Origin: Macrostomum lignano | Taxonomy: Eukaryota | Direction: 5' to 3' | DNA: 64,000 bases | Assembly: GCA_002269645.1 (NCBI GenBank) | Contig: NIVC01000646.1 | Coordinates: forward strand, 124,001-188,000 | Shown here: piece by piece, positions 11,586-24,450 of the stretch | How the letters are laid out: each line of letters begins with the position of its first letter | How positions within the stretch are numbered: position 1 is the first letter of the stretch | Notes under the pieces: generated by a model | What the model saw: only the letters and a program-made list of their open reading frames with translations | Told to the model about the DNA's origin: nothing | Database searches by the model: none | Translations under genes and position numbers: made by a program

Positions 11586-12097
11586 CTGCGTAGGATTAGG
11601 CAAGTTTAAGGAGTTCTAGCTAGCTATACAAGGCAGGTATTATCTGATAGGTCTTAGAGATAAAATGCGCTTCTTATCTACTCTTTTCAGTAGCAAAAGT
11701 AGCTTTTTAGCTTTTTTATAAATGATATAAAATTGGTATAAAATGGAAAAATAAAATTGCTGAATAATCTATAAAAATTTCAAAGACATACGACAGAGAA
11801 GTATCTAAAAAATACGGTAACGGCCCAATTAAATTGACATACTTAAAAGTATACTATTGATCGGTTATTCCTTACTGCTCTCTCATTAGCTGAGCTATAG
11901 ATTAGGCCTACCCCAATAGAGATAGAGCCGTGCCAATCATGCCAAAGGTTTTTAGAGACTTTTATTTTCTCATTTCTCCATAATTAAACTGCTTACGGGT
12001 GATTCGTTCTGTATGATTCTTCATATTCCCACTCCCCTTCCCACCCATGACTTTGAGAAGGAAAGGAAATTCAAGGAAGTCAAGGGAATCGATGTCT

Positions 12098-12375
12098 AGT
12101 AGGGAATACAAAATCCCGAGTTTTGCCAATCCCGGGATTCTCGGGATCGGGATATTCCGGACTTCTGAAAATCCCGGGATTCTCGGGATTGGGATATTCC
12201 GGACTTTGAAAATCCCGGGATTCTCGGGATCGGGATATTCCGGACTTCTGAAAATCCCGGGATTCTCGGGATCGGGATATTCCGGACTTTGAAAATCCCG
12301 GGATTCTCGGGATCGGGATATCCTGGACTTTGCCAATCCCGGGATTCCGACAAATTGGGCCGGGATCCCGGGATT
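12098..12375. repeat. 41/42-bp tandem repeat with AATCCCGGGATT palindromes, probably a non-autonomous DNA element
   Basis: About 5 copies of AAAATCCCGGGATTCTCGGGATCGGGATATTCCGGACTT(C)TG. Confidence 0.8.
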
Positions 12376-12499
12376 AAAAAAAGTTTCTAATCTATGTTGG
12401 TGCAATTTCGGTTTACGAAGCAACCTAATCTGACTTTAAAGGGCTTTCAATAAGAAAGCAGAACAGAACAAAATATTTTGCAAACAAGAAACTGACAGT

Positions 12500-12686
12500 C
12501 AGTGGCGTAGCCAGGATTTCCTTCTGGGGGGGGGGGTCACAGTCAGTCACAGGCTCACAGCGGCAACCGGGGGCAGGGGGAGCTAGGCCTCTGCGACGGG
12601 GGAGGGAGCCTGAAAATTTGGCCTGGATCAGTCGGCTGGGGGGGGGGGGTTCATGACCCCCATGACCCCCCTTGGCTACGCCCCTG
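12500..12686. mobile_element. hAT-type MITE (187 bp)
   Basis: TIR CAGTGGCGTAGCCA / TGGCTACGCCCCTG. Perfect 8-bp TSD CTGACAGT (12492-12499, 12687-12694). Confidence 0.9.
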
Positions 12687-14623
12687 CTGACAGTGAGCTC
12701 TGAATTGGAGTGTGATGTACGGGCTGGTGTATTAGACGTGCATTTTTACATGCCAGATTGCCAGTTATCAGCTCAGGAAAATCACACTTGATTGTGATGT
12801 AACCTGGGGAATGAGCTTACAGAGCTATGGCTATGGTGAAGGGGATCAGACCTCACCCTCCCAGAGGCAACCGCCCTAGATGGAGAACTGGTAGCTTGGT
12901 TTGGGTTGTGGTCCGATAGCAAGGTCCCACTGTTCTAATCCCAACTACGGCCAAGGAGTTTTGAAGGCAGGGACTGCTTAAACTACATGTAGTTCTGCCA
13001 CCAACCCAATGCTGGGCATCTAAAGGGTGTCCTGATAGTGCTAACAAGGTCTTTCGCATCCGACTTCTGATCTGAACAAGGTCGAGACTCGAGACCGAGA
13101 CCCCTGACTTAGCTGGGTTTGAGATAGAGGGAGAGTTAGAGTTCAAATGAACAATGATTTGACTCCCGTCTGGCAACCTATATAGCACTGTGATCGGAAC
13201 CAATGAGGAATTGGCCTCTATTGCTTTAGACTCTGTGCACAGGTTTTAGAATAATAATTACATTAGTCTGCGAGTACCATATGCACAGTTGCATGTACAT
13301 TATTACACCTCTCTCCTCTCCTCTCTCCCCTCTACCTCCTTATCTCTCTCTTCTCTCTTTTCTCCTATTTCATCTCTACTCTCCTCTTCTCTGGCCGAGT
13401 CTATAGGCGGGCAATTCACATGCTTGAGTGCCGCACTGACAGCCACATTCATAGCATTTTTACTGCCACCTGCTAGAGGCGAGAGGTGTCTGTTATTGTT
13501 ACGCAACTCCTCTGAGCGGCGCCACGCCAGGCGCCACGCCAGGGATGGAGATGTTTATAACTGTTGCCAAGTGTATATCTGTGGATTTTCTCATGTATTT
13601 TGCGGCATAAACAGCTCTCAAAAATCAATTGGTGTAAAGTTTCTATGTACACCCAGCAACATGTTAAAAAACCCAGAAACCCAGAGACCAGTAACATGCT
13701 GATGTTACTGAGTGTACTTTAAATTCAATAGAAGTCAATGACGTACGCAGGCGGGGGGTGACGGAGGTCTTTGGCTGTGGACCTGTGGTGCGGTGCGGCG
13801 GTGGTCCATCAGCGCCCCCTGCCGCCCCTTACCGACAGCGCGCACCTTCCCCACCCAATGGAAAATCTTGGGTACACTTAGTTATAAGCAGCAATAACAA
13901 ACATTTGCTTATTAACTAGTTTCAAATTGGTAGTTAGGAAGCTTTCCAAAGCAGACTAATTAACCAGACTACTAGAGTTCCTCAGCCTGTCCCAATAACT
14001 AAAGATGGACAAATCTAAATTAAGTAGCTTGTTTAAATTAAAGTAGAAATATGAAGAAAATAAAAAACTTACACATTCTATTGGTTGAAGCCATGCTTAT
14101 TCGGCGGCCAAATGACTAATTGCTTTTCAACTCCTGTTTTTACGTTTCTTCACTTTTCTCAGTACTTTTAGTTTGGCTCCACGACTTGGGGCCGGCCTAT
14201 TTAAAAACGGAGAAACGAAGATGTGTAAAGGCGGGGTCAAAATTAAAGTTAGCCGGTTTTATACGAGCCAGTTCAGTACGCCTCTGGCGCCCGTGGTCCT
14301 TTGCAAGGATTGGACAAGGCCGGGGGTGTAGATGGGGTGGGCCACTGAGAGAGACAACAACCCCCCTAGGGGCCTCGCTAACCCCCTCCACCTCAAACCC
14401 CAAACCCCTGCCACGGAGTTTAGATAACCATGATATGTAGTGCCTGCCCATTTGGCCTGGGTGAAGGCCTTTTATTGCTTTTTAAGGACTTGCAGTGAGC
14501 TTTCTTAATTTAATCGATCGATTTTATGGCCAATTGCAAATACAATTAAACTGAAACTTTGTTACTTATCTTTAGTCACCTTAGCTACTCAATGTAATCA
14601 TTTTGCCGGTATACATGCGTCAC

Positions 14624-14798
14624 CGGGGTCGCCATCATAAACCCGAAATATCATGACTCCGAAAACAAAAATAGCGTCGGACATTGCTATAGAACTTTGG
14701 GAATTTTGATATTTCGAGTTTGTGATTTTTTGAGTTTATGAAGGAAAGCGCTCTTCGGATTTCGGAATTTTGATTTTTCGGGTTTGTGATGTTCCCCG
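14624..14798. mobile_element. MITE related to 4560-4694
   Basis: CGGGGTCGCCATCATAAACCCGAAA versus reverse complement of the right end CGGGGAACATCACAAACCCGAAA. Confidence 0.55.
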
Positions 14799-14928
14799 AT
14801 TCATTGTATCAATATCTGTAATGAATTCCACACAGTGAACTAAAAAAAAACAATTTTATAAAGCATATTTAATAAAGTGTGTTCTCTGAAAAGTCTGAGG
14901 ATGCATGCATTATCCGGCCAGGGCAAGG

Positions 14929-16842
14929 CACAGATTCTAGAATGACTGGATGGGCCACTCAGGCATACTGACTCGTATACTTAGTAAAACAGCTTTCTAC
15001 TTTCAGTTCAGTTGAAGGAAGAATGCATAAGCTATATTTTATAAGAATAAAGGCAGCTGAAATGAAATGAGTTTAGAAGCTCAAGCTTGCAGGCGTAAAC
15101 AACTTGCTAATGGGGTGCTTTCACAAGGTCGAAATTTCACAACGTCGAAAAGCAAATTATTGCACAAGGTCGAAATTTCATAACATCGAAGCTCAAATAG
15201 CAGCCACTTTCACAAGGTTGAAATTTCACAACATCGAAAACTCAAATAGCAGCCACTTTCACAAGGTTGAAATTTCACAACATCGAAAACTCAAATAGCA
15301 GCCACTTTCACAAGGTTGAAATTTCACAACATCGAAAACTCAAATAGCAGCCACTTTCACAAGGTCGAAATTTCATAACATCGAAAACTCAAATAGCAGC
15401 CACTTTCACAAGGTCGAAATTTCATAACATCGAAACTCAAATAGCAGCCACTTTCACAAGGTCGAAATTTCATAACATCGAAAACTCAAATAGCAGCCAC
15501 TTTCACAAGGTCGAAATTTCAAAGCATCGAAAACGCTAGCAAGGTACTTTATAAGGTCGAAATTTCACATAAATAATTCGAATAGCAACCACTTTCAAAA
15601 GGGTTGAAATTTCACATAGAAAACTCTTACAGCACTCACTATACTCCCTATGACAAGAGTGGTGCTGTTTTCTCATAAACAGTGTCTACTGTAGCAGGTA
15701 TTTCAAATACATTACGAAATTGAAATACAACTCCAAGCTATTGACACTTGGAAGCATATTAGCCTCCTCTCCAATACTGGAAATGTAAATCATAAATTCT
15801 TTCAAGTCTATATATAAAATACTCGTACAAATATCGATAACTTTAAATTTGGGTTTGACCGGCAGGGAATTTCGCTTGACTTACTGTTGACACAATATAC
15901 GTTTTGTATCTGTATTCGCTTAATAAGTAAAAGAAAGTAAGGTGGTTTGTTCCATGTATATGTAGGAGCTGCTCCCTGTTATGTAAAAAACTACAAACAA
16001 CTCGCCGTATTACAATATCATATAGCTGTAGTAAAAACATGTACATGTATATAGCATGCGTTTTCTTGCATGTAATGACATCTTTTTTTATATACATGTA
16101 TAGTATTTTTATAACATAATTAAACGTTTAGGGTTCAATCAATTAAGGCTTAAGACGAAAATCAGCACAATATCCAGAAACTAAAAACAAGAGAAAATTT
16201 TTGGCATGTTTTATATTTTCAATCAACTGAAGGCAACCGTTAAAGCAACTACCTCAGAAGACACTGTTAGGTATATAGACAAATAAGTTTTTTTAGCCAA
16301 AATGATTATTACAGCCTGTCTATCGATTCATATATACTGTATAACTGTCTACCAATCTACCAATTTATTTGTCAAATTAATTTATCCTCCAAATTCTCAG
16401 TTTTTATATTGTAAAATTTCGATCTTATGAAAGTGGCTGCGCTATTTGAGTTTCGATGTTGTGAAATTTCGACCTTGTGAAAGTGGCTGCTTTTCGAGTT
16501 TTCGATGTTGTGAAATTTCGACCTTGTGAAAGTGGCTGCTTTTCGAGTTTTCGATGTTGTGAAATTTCGACCTTGTGAAGCCTCGACCTTATGAAGGAGG
16601 GTGCTTTCGACGTTGTGAAATTTCGAGTTTGTGAAACCCCCGGTTGGATTGGGGCGGGGCAAGGGGTAGTGTGGAAAGGCGGGGTTGGAGGAAGTTTGGG
16701 GGGGGGGTTAAGAGCCAATAAATGAGCCTTAGCTTTAAAAATACATTAAAATGCTTCTGTTTAACTTACTACTGAACTGAAAGTAGTTTAAATTCAAATG
16801 TGCTCAGTGGCTCATCTAATTATTCTAGTATCTGTGGCTGTG
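14929..16842. mobile_element. 1.9-kb non-autonomous element with long inverted arms containing 43-44-bp subterminal tandem arrays
   Basis: Left CACAGATTCTAGAATGACTGGATGGGCCACTCAG..CTACTTTCAGTTCAGT is mirrored at 16836-16770. Arrays of CAGCCACTTTCACAAGGTCGAAATTTCACAACATCGAAAA at ~15110-15620 (+) and ~16410-16642 (-). 8-bp TSD GGGCAAGG at 14921-14928 and 16843-16850. Confidence 0.75.
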
Positions 16843-17303
16843 GGGCAAGGCAACCTCTGTTCCCCTCACTGAATAGTTACAGAGAAATCCTTTTTCGAAA
16901 CTTTGTCTGTTCGCAATACTTTCCGCCGCCAGCTGCGGCAGACTTCCCGGCAGAGCTGAGCCACCAAATTGCCAACCTGGCAGCTTCATCAACTCCAGCA
17001 AAGGTGTTGGCAAGGAGAAATGCAGCGAGTGCCCGCCAGGAACTTATTCGGACTCTGGGAGCGACGGAGTGCAAAAAGTGCGAATTGAACTTTGCTCTCG
17101 CGCTTGAGACCGGCATGACAGAGTGCGACCTGTGTGAGACCGGCTCTTGGCCCTTAGACGGCATCTTCTGCTCTCGTGAGTCAGTTTTGGTTGGGTTGAG
17201 TCCTTTATAATTGACCAATTAGAGCAACATCTGGTCCAGTTTTAACATCTCTTCAGTACATTGAGCTGCTCTTTCAATAAATTTCAGGCAAGGCCAAGCT
17301 CAC

Positions 17304-17436
17304 CTGTCCAGAAAAAGGAGCTGGAAGCGACATCTGCCGACAGACCAGACTCAAACCCAGAAACATTCGCCACCATTCCAGCTGGGGCTTCGGTGCGGTA
17401 CTTTCTTGGAAAGCCGGAGCATTTTGGCTCCCTCAT
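17304..17436 (-). CDS. Putative first coding exon of PDZ-domain gene
   Basis: ATG at 17436 (MREPKCSGFPRKY...SSSFFWT), donor ACAG|GTGAGC phase 1 fits the exon at 11585. The joined model is 1062 nt, 353 aa. Support is splice and phase logic only. Confidence 0.4.
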
Positions 17437-18084
17437 TTTTATCAGAAAGAAGAACTGCTGCTCAAAGGACGTTGAGGACAATAAAATTCACATTTCCTGA
17501 TGAAGGCTTATTGCAGTTTCTGTATTTTTACGTGCTTACGCTGAAACCGGTGAAATTATTCAGTTTAAAAAAATTGAGTTCTGTATATACTACTTATAAC
17601 AGTAGAAAATGGTATAAACAAGCCCAATACAACTAATTCTAAGTTGAAATTCAAGCGTGGACTCTGCAGTCTGAATGGATTTTATACAATATTGATTTTA
17701 CTGCCTCTTAATCCATACTATGAGCAAGGTTGGCCCTTTCGTCGCTGATATTGAAGTCACTGAACAGCAGGATGGTCTCGCATGGCGGTCACGATCGCAG
17801 TACGAAAGTACCCGGCCCTCCCCCACTAAACTGGAAAGCAATCAGTGCCGAATAAAGCTTAGTGATGATTGACAGTGTAATGAGGCAGTACGGCTGTATA
17901 GGACATCAATAGTGTGCTCTCAAACATCCACATCTACAGTATTCGTAAGTATAAAATTATCAAAAAGCGTCTGGAATCGTATGTATAGAAAGCTTCTTTA
18001 CCATGGCTCAATATATACTTAATATAATGAAGCTCTCGATTTTCCCTTTGGATAGATTTGTACACACTGGAACGCTGTGAATTG

Positions 18085-18740
18085 CCTCCCCAATCCTTCA
18101 GTGACCTTCCTCCCCAATCCTTCAGTGACCTTCCTCCCCAATCCTTCAGTGACCTTCCTCCCCAATCCTTCAGTGACCTTCCTCCCCAATCCTTCAGTGA
18201 CCTTCCTTTCCAATCCTTCAGTGACCTTCCTCCCCAATCCTTCAGTGACCTTCCTCCCCAATCCTTCAGTGACCTTCCTCCCCAATTCTTCAGTGACCTT
18301 CCTCCCCAATCCTTCAGTGACCTTCCTCCCCAATCCTTCAGTGACCTTCCTCCCCAATTCTTCAGTGGCCTTCCTCCCCAATCCTTCAGTGACCTTCCTC
18401 CCCAATCCTTCAGTGACCTTCCTCCCCAATCCTTCAGTGACCTTCCTCCCCAATCCTTCAGTGACCTTCCTCCCCAATCCTTCAGTGACCTTCCTCCCCA
18501 ATCCTTCAGTGACCTTCCTCCCCAATCCTTCAGTGACCTTCCTCCCCAATCCTTCAGTGACCTTCCTCCCCAATCCTTCAGTGACCTTCCTCCCCAATAC
18601 TTCAGTGACCTTCCTCCCCAATCCTTCAGTGACCTTCCTCCCCAATCCCTTCCTCCCCAATCCTTCAGTGGCCTTCCTCCCCAACCCTTCAGTGACCTTC
18701 CTCCCCAATCCTTCAGTGACCTTCCTCCCCAATCCTTCAG
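18085..18740. repeat. 24-bp minisatellite (CCAATCCTTCAGTGACCTTCCTCC), ~27 copies
   Basis: Visible tandem array. Confidence 0.97.
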
Positions 18741-18790
18741 CGACTATACTGAAATGAGTTTCCATAACTAAAAATGACTAGAAGTTAAGC

Positions 18791-18817
18791 CAGCCAATCA
18801 GCAGCCACCAGCCAATT
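18791..18817 (+). promoter_or_regulatory. Paired CCAAT boxes in the divergent intergenic region
   Basis: AGCCAATCAG and AGCCAATT fit the NF-Y consensus. Motif match only. Confidence 0.2.
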
Positions 18818-19293
18818 CAGAGCGGACAAATCAGCGATGTGCCCAGGTTCCAGAGCTACAAGGCCGTGAAGCTTATATAATTCTTTGCTGTGAATTCAAT
18901 CCATTTTTACATTTAGCATCAGCTATCTCCAAGAAATAGCAAAAAGCAAATTAAAAGTCACCTGTTCAGTTAGTTGTCGGGCAACGCAGTTCCGCATTCG
19001 TGCAAAGGTGAGTGGCTGCAGATAAACAAATTTCATGACCTTTTCTCAGTCAGCCTTGAAAGATTCTGATAATTTTTACTGTTCCAAGTGAAGTGATTTT
19101 TTTACATTGCGACAACTTGACCTGTCAATCAATTAAGCCTAGGTATAATTCCAATTGGTTTATCTAGCTATCCAGAAATGTTCTGCGTGCGGACAAAAGT
19201 AATGGACTAAATTTCAGACTTTTTGGCACAAATGCAAAAATCTGAAGGCGGATAAAGGAAGTTCGGAAAATCTAATAACTCTAGCATTGAAAT

Positions 19294-20015
19294 CTACTTC
19301 TCTATCAACTGTCTACTTCTCTATCCATTGTCTACTTCTCTATCCACTGTCTACTTCTCTATCCAATGTCTACTTCTCTATCCACTGTCTACTTCTCTAT
19401 CCACTGTCTACTTCTCTATCCACTGTCTACTTCTCTATCCAATGTCTACTTCTCTATCCACTGTCTACTTCTCTATTCACTGTCTACTTCTCTATCCACT
19501 GTCTACTTCTCTATCCACTGTCTACTTCTCTATCCACTGTCTACTTCTCTATCCTACTCTCTACTTCTCTATCCACTGTCTACTTCTCTATTCACTGTCT
19601 ACTTCTCTATCCACTGTCTACTTATCTATCCACCGTCTACTTCTCTATCCACTGTCCAATTCTCTATCCACTGTCTACTTCTCTATCCACTGTCTACTTC
19701 TCTATCCTACTCTCTACTTCTCTATCCACTGTCTACTTCTCTATCCACTGTCTACTTCTCTATCCACTGTCTACTTCTCTATCCTACTCTCTACTTCTCT
19801 ATCCACTGTCTACTTCTCTATCCACTGTCCAATTCTCTATCCACTGTCTACTTCTCTATCCTACTCTCTACTTCTCTATCCACTGTCTACTTCTCTATCC
19901 AACTGTCTAACTTCTCTATTCACTGTCTACTTCTCGATCCACTGTCCACTTCTCTATCCATTGTCTACTTCTCTATCCATTGTCTACTTCTCTATCCACT
20001 GTCTAACTTCTCTCT
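19294..20015. repeat. 19-bp minisatellite (CTACTTCTCTATCCACTGT), ~38 copies
   Basis: Visible tandem array. Confidence 0.96.
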
Positions 20016-20483
20016 CCACTGTATTTCTTTTTTATCAATTTAAATTTACTTCCGTTTTTCTTGTCTACTCTTCTCTATTTTATATTTCTCTCTCTCCCAT
20101 CCTTGCTTTCTCTCTATCGTCGGCTCTTTTTCTTCTTTCTCTCCTCACTTTTCTCTGAATCTCCATTCGCACTCCACTGAGACTTCTAATTTCTTGTGTG
20201 TAATTATAAAAAGTAATAAATTTTAAATATTGCGCTACCCAGAAACAAGTTTTGCCAGCTTAGTATAAAAGGCGGAAACAGGGCTCTGTTGTCAGGAGGG
20301 CCGCTAGCGATTTGCTCAATCTGCTAGGACTCACTGGGGCTGGAAGATTTCTTGTAAAGACTATTTATTTATCCTGAACAGCTCAGCCTACCAAAGTCAC
20401 TGCGATAGAGTCAGTGCCAATCCTTATGCCCAGCGACAAAGTCGGAAGTGAAAATCACGTTATGGCTAGATTGGTTTTAGAGA

Positions 20484-20485
<2 letters not shown>

Positions 20486-20580
<95 letters not shown>

Positions 20581-20592
20581 GCCTGTCTGTCC

Positions 20593-20636
<44 letters not shown>

Positions 20637-20648
20637 GCCTGTCTGTCC

Positions 20649-20715
<67 letters not shown>

Positions 20716-20723
20716 GGTCTGCC

Positions 20724-20755
<32 letters not shown>

Positions 20756-20757
20756 GG
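20486..20757. repeat. (TCTG)n microsatellite
   Basis: Visible. Confidence 0.99.
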
Positions 20758-21650
20758 TCTCAGCCTACATCGAAAGCTTACAAATTCTTTCAGTGCAATG
20801 AATTGGAGTCTTGCTTCCTCCTAACCCTATCCGGACAGCGCGCACCCCTCTCCTACCCGCCTCTCTCGCCTGGCATCGGCACTCAAAAAATCGTCACCAA
20901 CCGCAGCCTCAGCTCCCCTGTTTAATTACATTACAGGGAATATTTAGAACGGCAGAGAAATGAGCCTGGGAGAAATAAAGAATGATAGATGAAGAGACAG
21001 ACAAGAGAGGGGAGGAGAGCGAGCGGCAGTGCTGGCGCAGGCGGCCGAGCATTTAGCAGAGCTGGTGCTGAAGCATCCGCCTGGCACCCTCAGCAGGAAG
21101 CGCGGAGAAGGCAATGGGATAAAATAGGATCGAAGGAGACGGGGAAAAGCATTACCAGCGTGCTGAGCCGCCCCTAGAAGAAGCAGAACCAACCGGCCTG
21201 ACTCGAACATCAGTGCCTCCACTCTCCAGGCAGTTGAGACAAAGAAAAGCACAAACAGATTCTCTCCCAAAATGCACTTTTTGATGGCACACTGCAACCT
21301 CCCCAACTGCTCGAGATTCTGGCCTTAGCGCGCTTATTTCTAGCGAAATCGAAGTCAACATTCGAAAAAACGCCGAAGGAATTTTATGTGAAGTGATGTC
21401 TCCCCTTTCCCCCCTCTCTCTCTCCCCCTCTCTCCCTTCCCTCCTCCTCTGTCGCCTTCTCTCTCTCCTCTCTCCTACCTGGTATCTCCTCTCTCCCCGT
21501 CTCTCCTCTTCTCCCCCCTCAACTCCCTCTCACCTCTCTCCCCCTTTCTCCCAGTCTCACTCCCCTCTCCATCTCTCTCCTCTATCCTCTCTCTCCTCTT
21601 TTATTCTCTCCCTCTCCCCCTCTTATCCATCTCCATCTGATAATTTCCAG

Positions 21651-21792
21651 CCCATCAGCCAGCCTCTTGAGCAATATCGAGTCCAAAGTGGCCCTGAATG
21701 CCGCCATGCAATGGGCCGGCATAAAAGTGGAGGAGCTCCGCATAGCCGGAGACAAAGAGGGCTGCGCAGCCATCCAAAGCAATGAATTTCAA
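21651..21792 (+). CDS. Candidate upstream exon, possibly an alternative first coding exon of the NR2 gene
   Basis: Acceptor ctgataatttcCAG, open frame with high GC3, GCCGCCATG at 21706, donor CAA|GTAGGC in phase 0, matching the AG|ATG at 28691. Confidence 0.35.
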
Positions 21793-22269
21793 GTAGGCGA
21801 CAATTTGAGGATCAGGGTGGCTCGTTAAGTATAAGAGGGGGGGGGCGATGAGCACACACCGGCCCCAAGGACTCTAGCTCTCAGTTCCCTCCTCCCTGAA
21901 AACAGTCAGCCATTGCCTCTGGGAGGCTGGGGCCGCACCGGGGAAGCATGCTGCATAATTCAATTTTCGTCACCAAAAAATCCCGACCGCTGAGCGCCTT
22001 CTAGGAGACAAGAAATCGATGCACCCACCGCTCAGCCTTTGACCCGAGCGGCGGCAGCAGCAGCAGCAGCAGCCATCCCAGGGGACCCGGGGAGGCGGAC
22101 GGCTTTTCTCTCATTTCGCATCGTCTCCCTTGGCTCAATCTCACCCTCCCTCTCTCACTGCCTTATCATCTCCCTACATCACTCTGCCTCCGTTCCAGCA
22201 TAGCGTCTCTGCACCCTCCCTCTCCTCCCACTCTCCCCATCTCTCTGCTCTCTTTCTCTCTCTCCCTTG

Positions 22270-24450
22270 ACTCTCCCTTGGCTCTCTCCCTGACTCTCTC
22301 TCTCTGACTCTTCTCTGGCTCTCTCCCTAAATCTCTCTCTGACACTTCCCTGGCTCTCTCCCTGACTCTCTCTCTCTGACTCTTCTCTGGCTCTCTCCCT
22401 AAATCTCTCTCTGACACTTCCCTGGCTCTCTCCCTGACTCTCTCTCTGACACTTCCCTGGCTCTCTCCCTGACTCTCTCTCTGACTCTTCCCTGGCTCTC
22501 TCCCTGACTCTCTCTCTGACTCTTCCCTGGCTCTCTCCCTGGCTCTCTCTCTGACTCTTCCCTGGCTCTCTCCCTGACTCTCTCTCTGACTCTTCCCTGG
22601 CTCTCTCCCTGACTCTCTCTCTGACTCTTCCCTGGCTCTCTCCCTGACTCTCTCTCTGACTCTTCCCTGGCTCTCTCCCTGACTCTCTCTCTGACTCTTC
22701 CCTGGCTCTCTCCCTGACTCTCTCTCTGACTCTTCTCTGGCTCTCTCCCTGACTCTCTCTCTGACACTTCCCTGGCTCTCTCCCTGACTCTCTCTCTGAC
22801 TCTTCCCTGGCTCTCTCCCTGACTGTCTCTCTCTCTGACTCTTTTCTGGCTCTCTCCCTGGCTCTCTCTCTGACTCTTCCCTGGCTCTCTCCCTGACTCT
22901 CTCTCTGACTCTTCCCTGGCTCTCTCCCTGACTCTCTCTCTGACTCTTCCCTGGCTCTCTCCCTGACTCTCTCTCTGACTCTTCTCTGGCTCTCTCCCTG
23001 ACTCTCTCTCTGACACTTCCCTGGCTCTCTCCCTGACTCTCTCTCTGACTCTTCCCTGGCTCTCTCCCTGACTGTCTCTCTCTCTGACTCTTTTCTGGCT
23101 CTCTCCCTGGCTCTCTCTCTGACTCTTCCCTGGCTCTCTCCCTGACTCTCTCTCTGACTCTTCCCTGGCTCTCTCCCTGACTCTCTCTCTGACTCTTCCC
23201 TGGCTCTCTCCCTGACTCTCTCTCTGACTCTTCCCTGGCTCTCTCCCTGACTCTCTCTCTGACTCTTCCCTGGCTCTCTCCCTGACTGTCTCTCTCTCTG
23301 ACTCTTCCCTGGCTCTCTCCCTGACTGTCTCTCTCTCTCTGACTCTTCTCTGGCTCTCTCCCTGACTCTCTCTCTGACTCTTCTCTGGCTCTCTCCCTGA
23401 CTCTCTCTCTGACTCTTCCCTGGCTCTCTCCCTGACTCTCTCTCTGACTCTTCCCTGGCTCTCTCCCTGACTGTCTCTCTCTCTGACTCTTCTCTGGCTC
23501 TCTCCCTGACTCTCTCTCTCTGACTATTCCCTGGCTCTCTCCCTGACTCTCTCTCTGACTCTTCCCTGGCTCTCTCCCTGACTCTCTCTCTCTGACTCTT
23601 CCCTGGCTCTCTCCCTGACTCTCTGACTCTTCCCTGGCTCTCTCCCTGACTGTCTCTCTCTCTGACTCTTCTCTGGCTCTCTCCCTGACTCTCTCTCTGA
23701 CTCTCCCCTGGCTCTCTCCCTGACTCTCTCTCTCTGACTCTTCTCTGGCTCTCTCCCTGACTCTCTCTCTCTCTCTGACTCTTCTCTGGCTCTCTCCCTG
23801 ACTCTCTCTCTCTCTCTGACTCTTCTCTGGCTCTCTCCCTGACTCTCTCTCTGACTCTTCCCTGGCTCTCTCCCTGACTCTCTCTCTCTCTGACTCTTCC
23901 CTGGCTCTCTCCCTGACTCTCTCTCTCTCTGACTCTTCCCTGGCTCTCTCCCTGACTCTCTCTCTCTGACACTCCCCTGGCTCTCTCGCTGACTCTCTCT
24001 CTGACTCTTCCCTGGCTCTCTCCCTGACTCTCTCTCTCTCTGACTCTTCCCTGGCTCTCTCCCTGACTCTCTCTCTCTGACACTCCCCTGGCTCTCTCGC
24101 TGACTCTCTCTCTGACTCTTCCCTGGCTCTCTCCCTGACTGTCTCTGGCTCTCCCATGACTCTTACCCTGACTCTCGGCTGGCTTTCCCCTTGACTCTCC
24201 TCCTGACTCTCCCCCGACTCTCCGCTGACTCCGCTGACTCTCTGCTGACTCCCCTTGACTCTCCCTGACCCCTTGACTCTCCCCTTAATTCTCCATTTGA
24301 TTCTCTAAATTACTCTCCCCCTGACTCTCCCCCTGACTCCCCCTGACTCCCCCTGTCTCTCCCATGACTCTTCCCCTGACTCTCCGCTGTCTCCCTGAAT
24401 CTCCCCTTTAATTCTCCATTTGATTCTCTACCTGACCATCTCCCTGACTC
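22270..24450. repeat. CT-rich compound minisatellite (~33-37 bp, CTCTCTCCCTGACTCTCTCTCTGACTCTTCCCTGG)
   Basis: Visible array that degenerates after ~24160. Confidence 0.95.

Noticed and set aside
12853-13230. Possible LINE endonuclease remnant (FLIGSDHSAI on the - strand), plus ILLFSDFN at ~17740-17790
   Set aside because: Only short motifs interrupted by stops. Too weak to call.
13689-13710. Perfect 9-bp hairpin CAGTAACAT-GCTG-ATGTTACTG
   Set aside because: Could be a Helitron 3' hairpin, but no CTRR terminus follows on either strand.
16800-17210. 136-aa + strand ORF with two CxxC pairs
   Set aside because: Starts inside a transposon end with GTG, lies antisense in an intron, and matches no family I recognise.
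18019-20158. Repetitive ORFs (GLGRKVTE, LPPQSFSD, STSLSTVYF)
   Set aside because: Products of the 24-bp and 19-bp minisatellites.
20264-20271. TATAAAAG box
   Set aside because: An isolated motif with no evidence of a transcription start.
22166-24157. 663-aa and 634-aa Arg/Glu/Ser-rich ORFs resembling SR proteins
   Set aside because: Translation of a GA-rich compound minisatellite.
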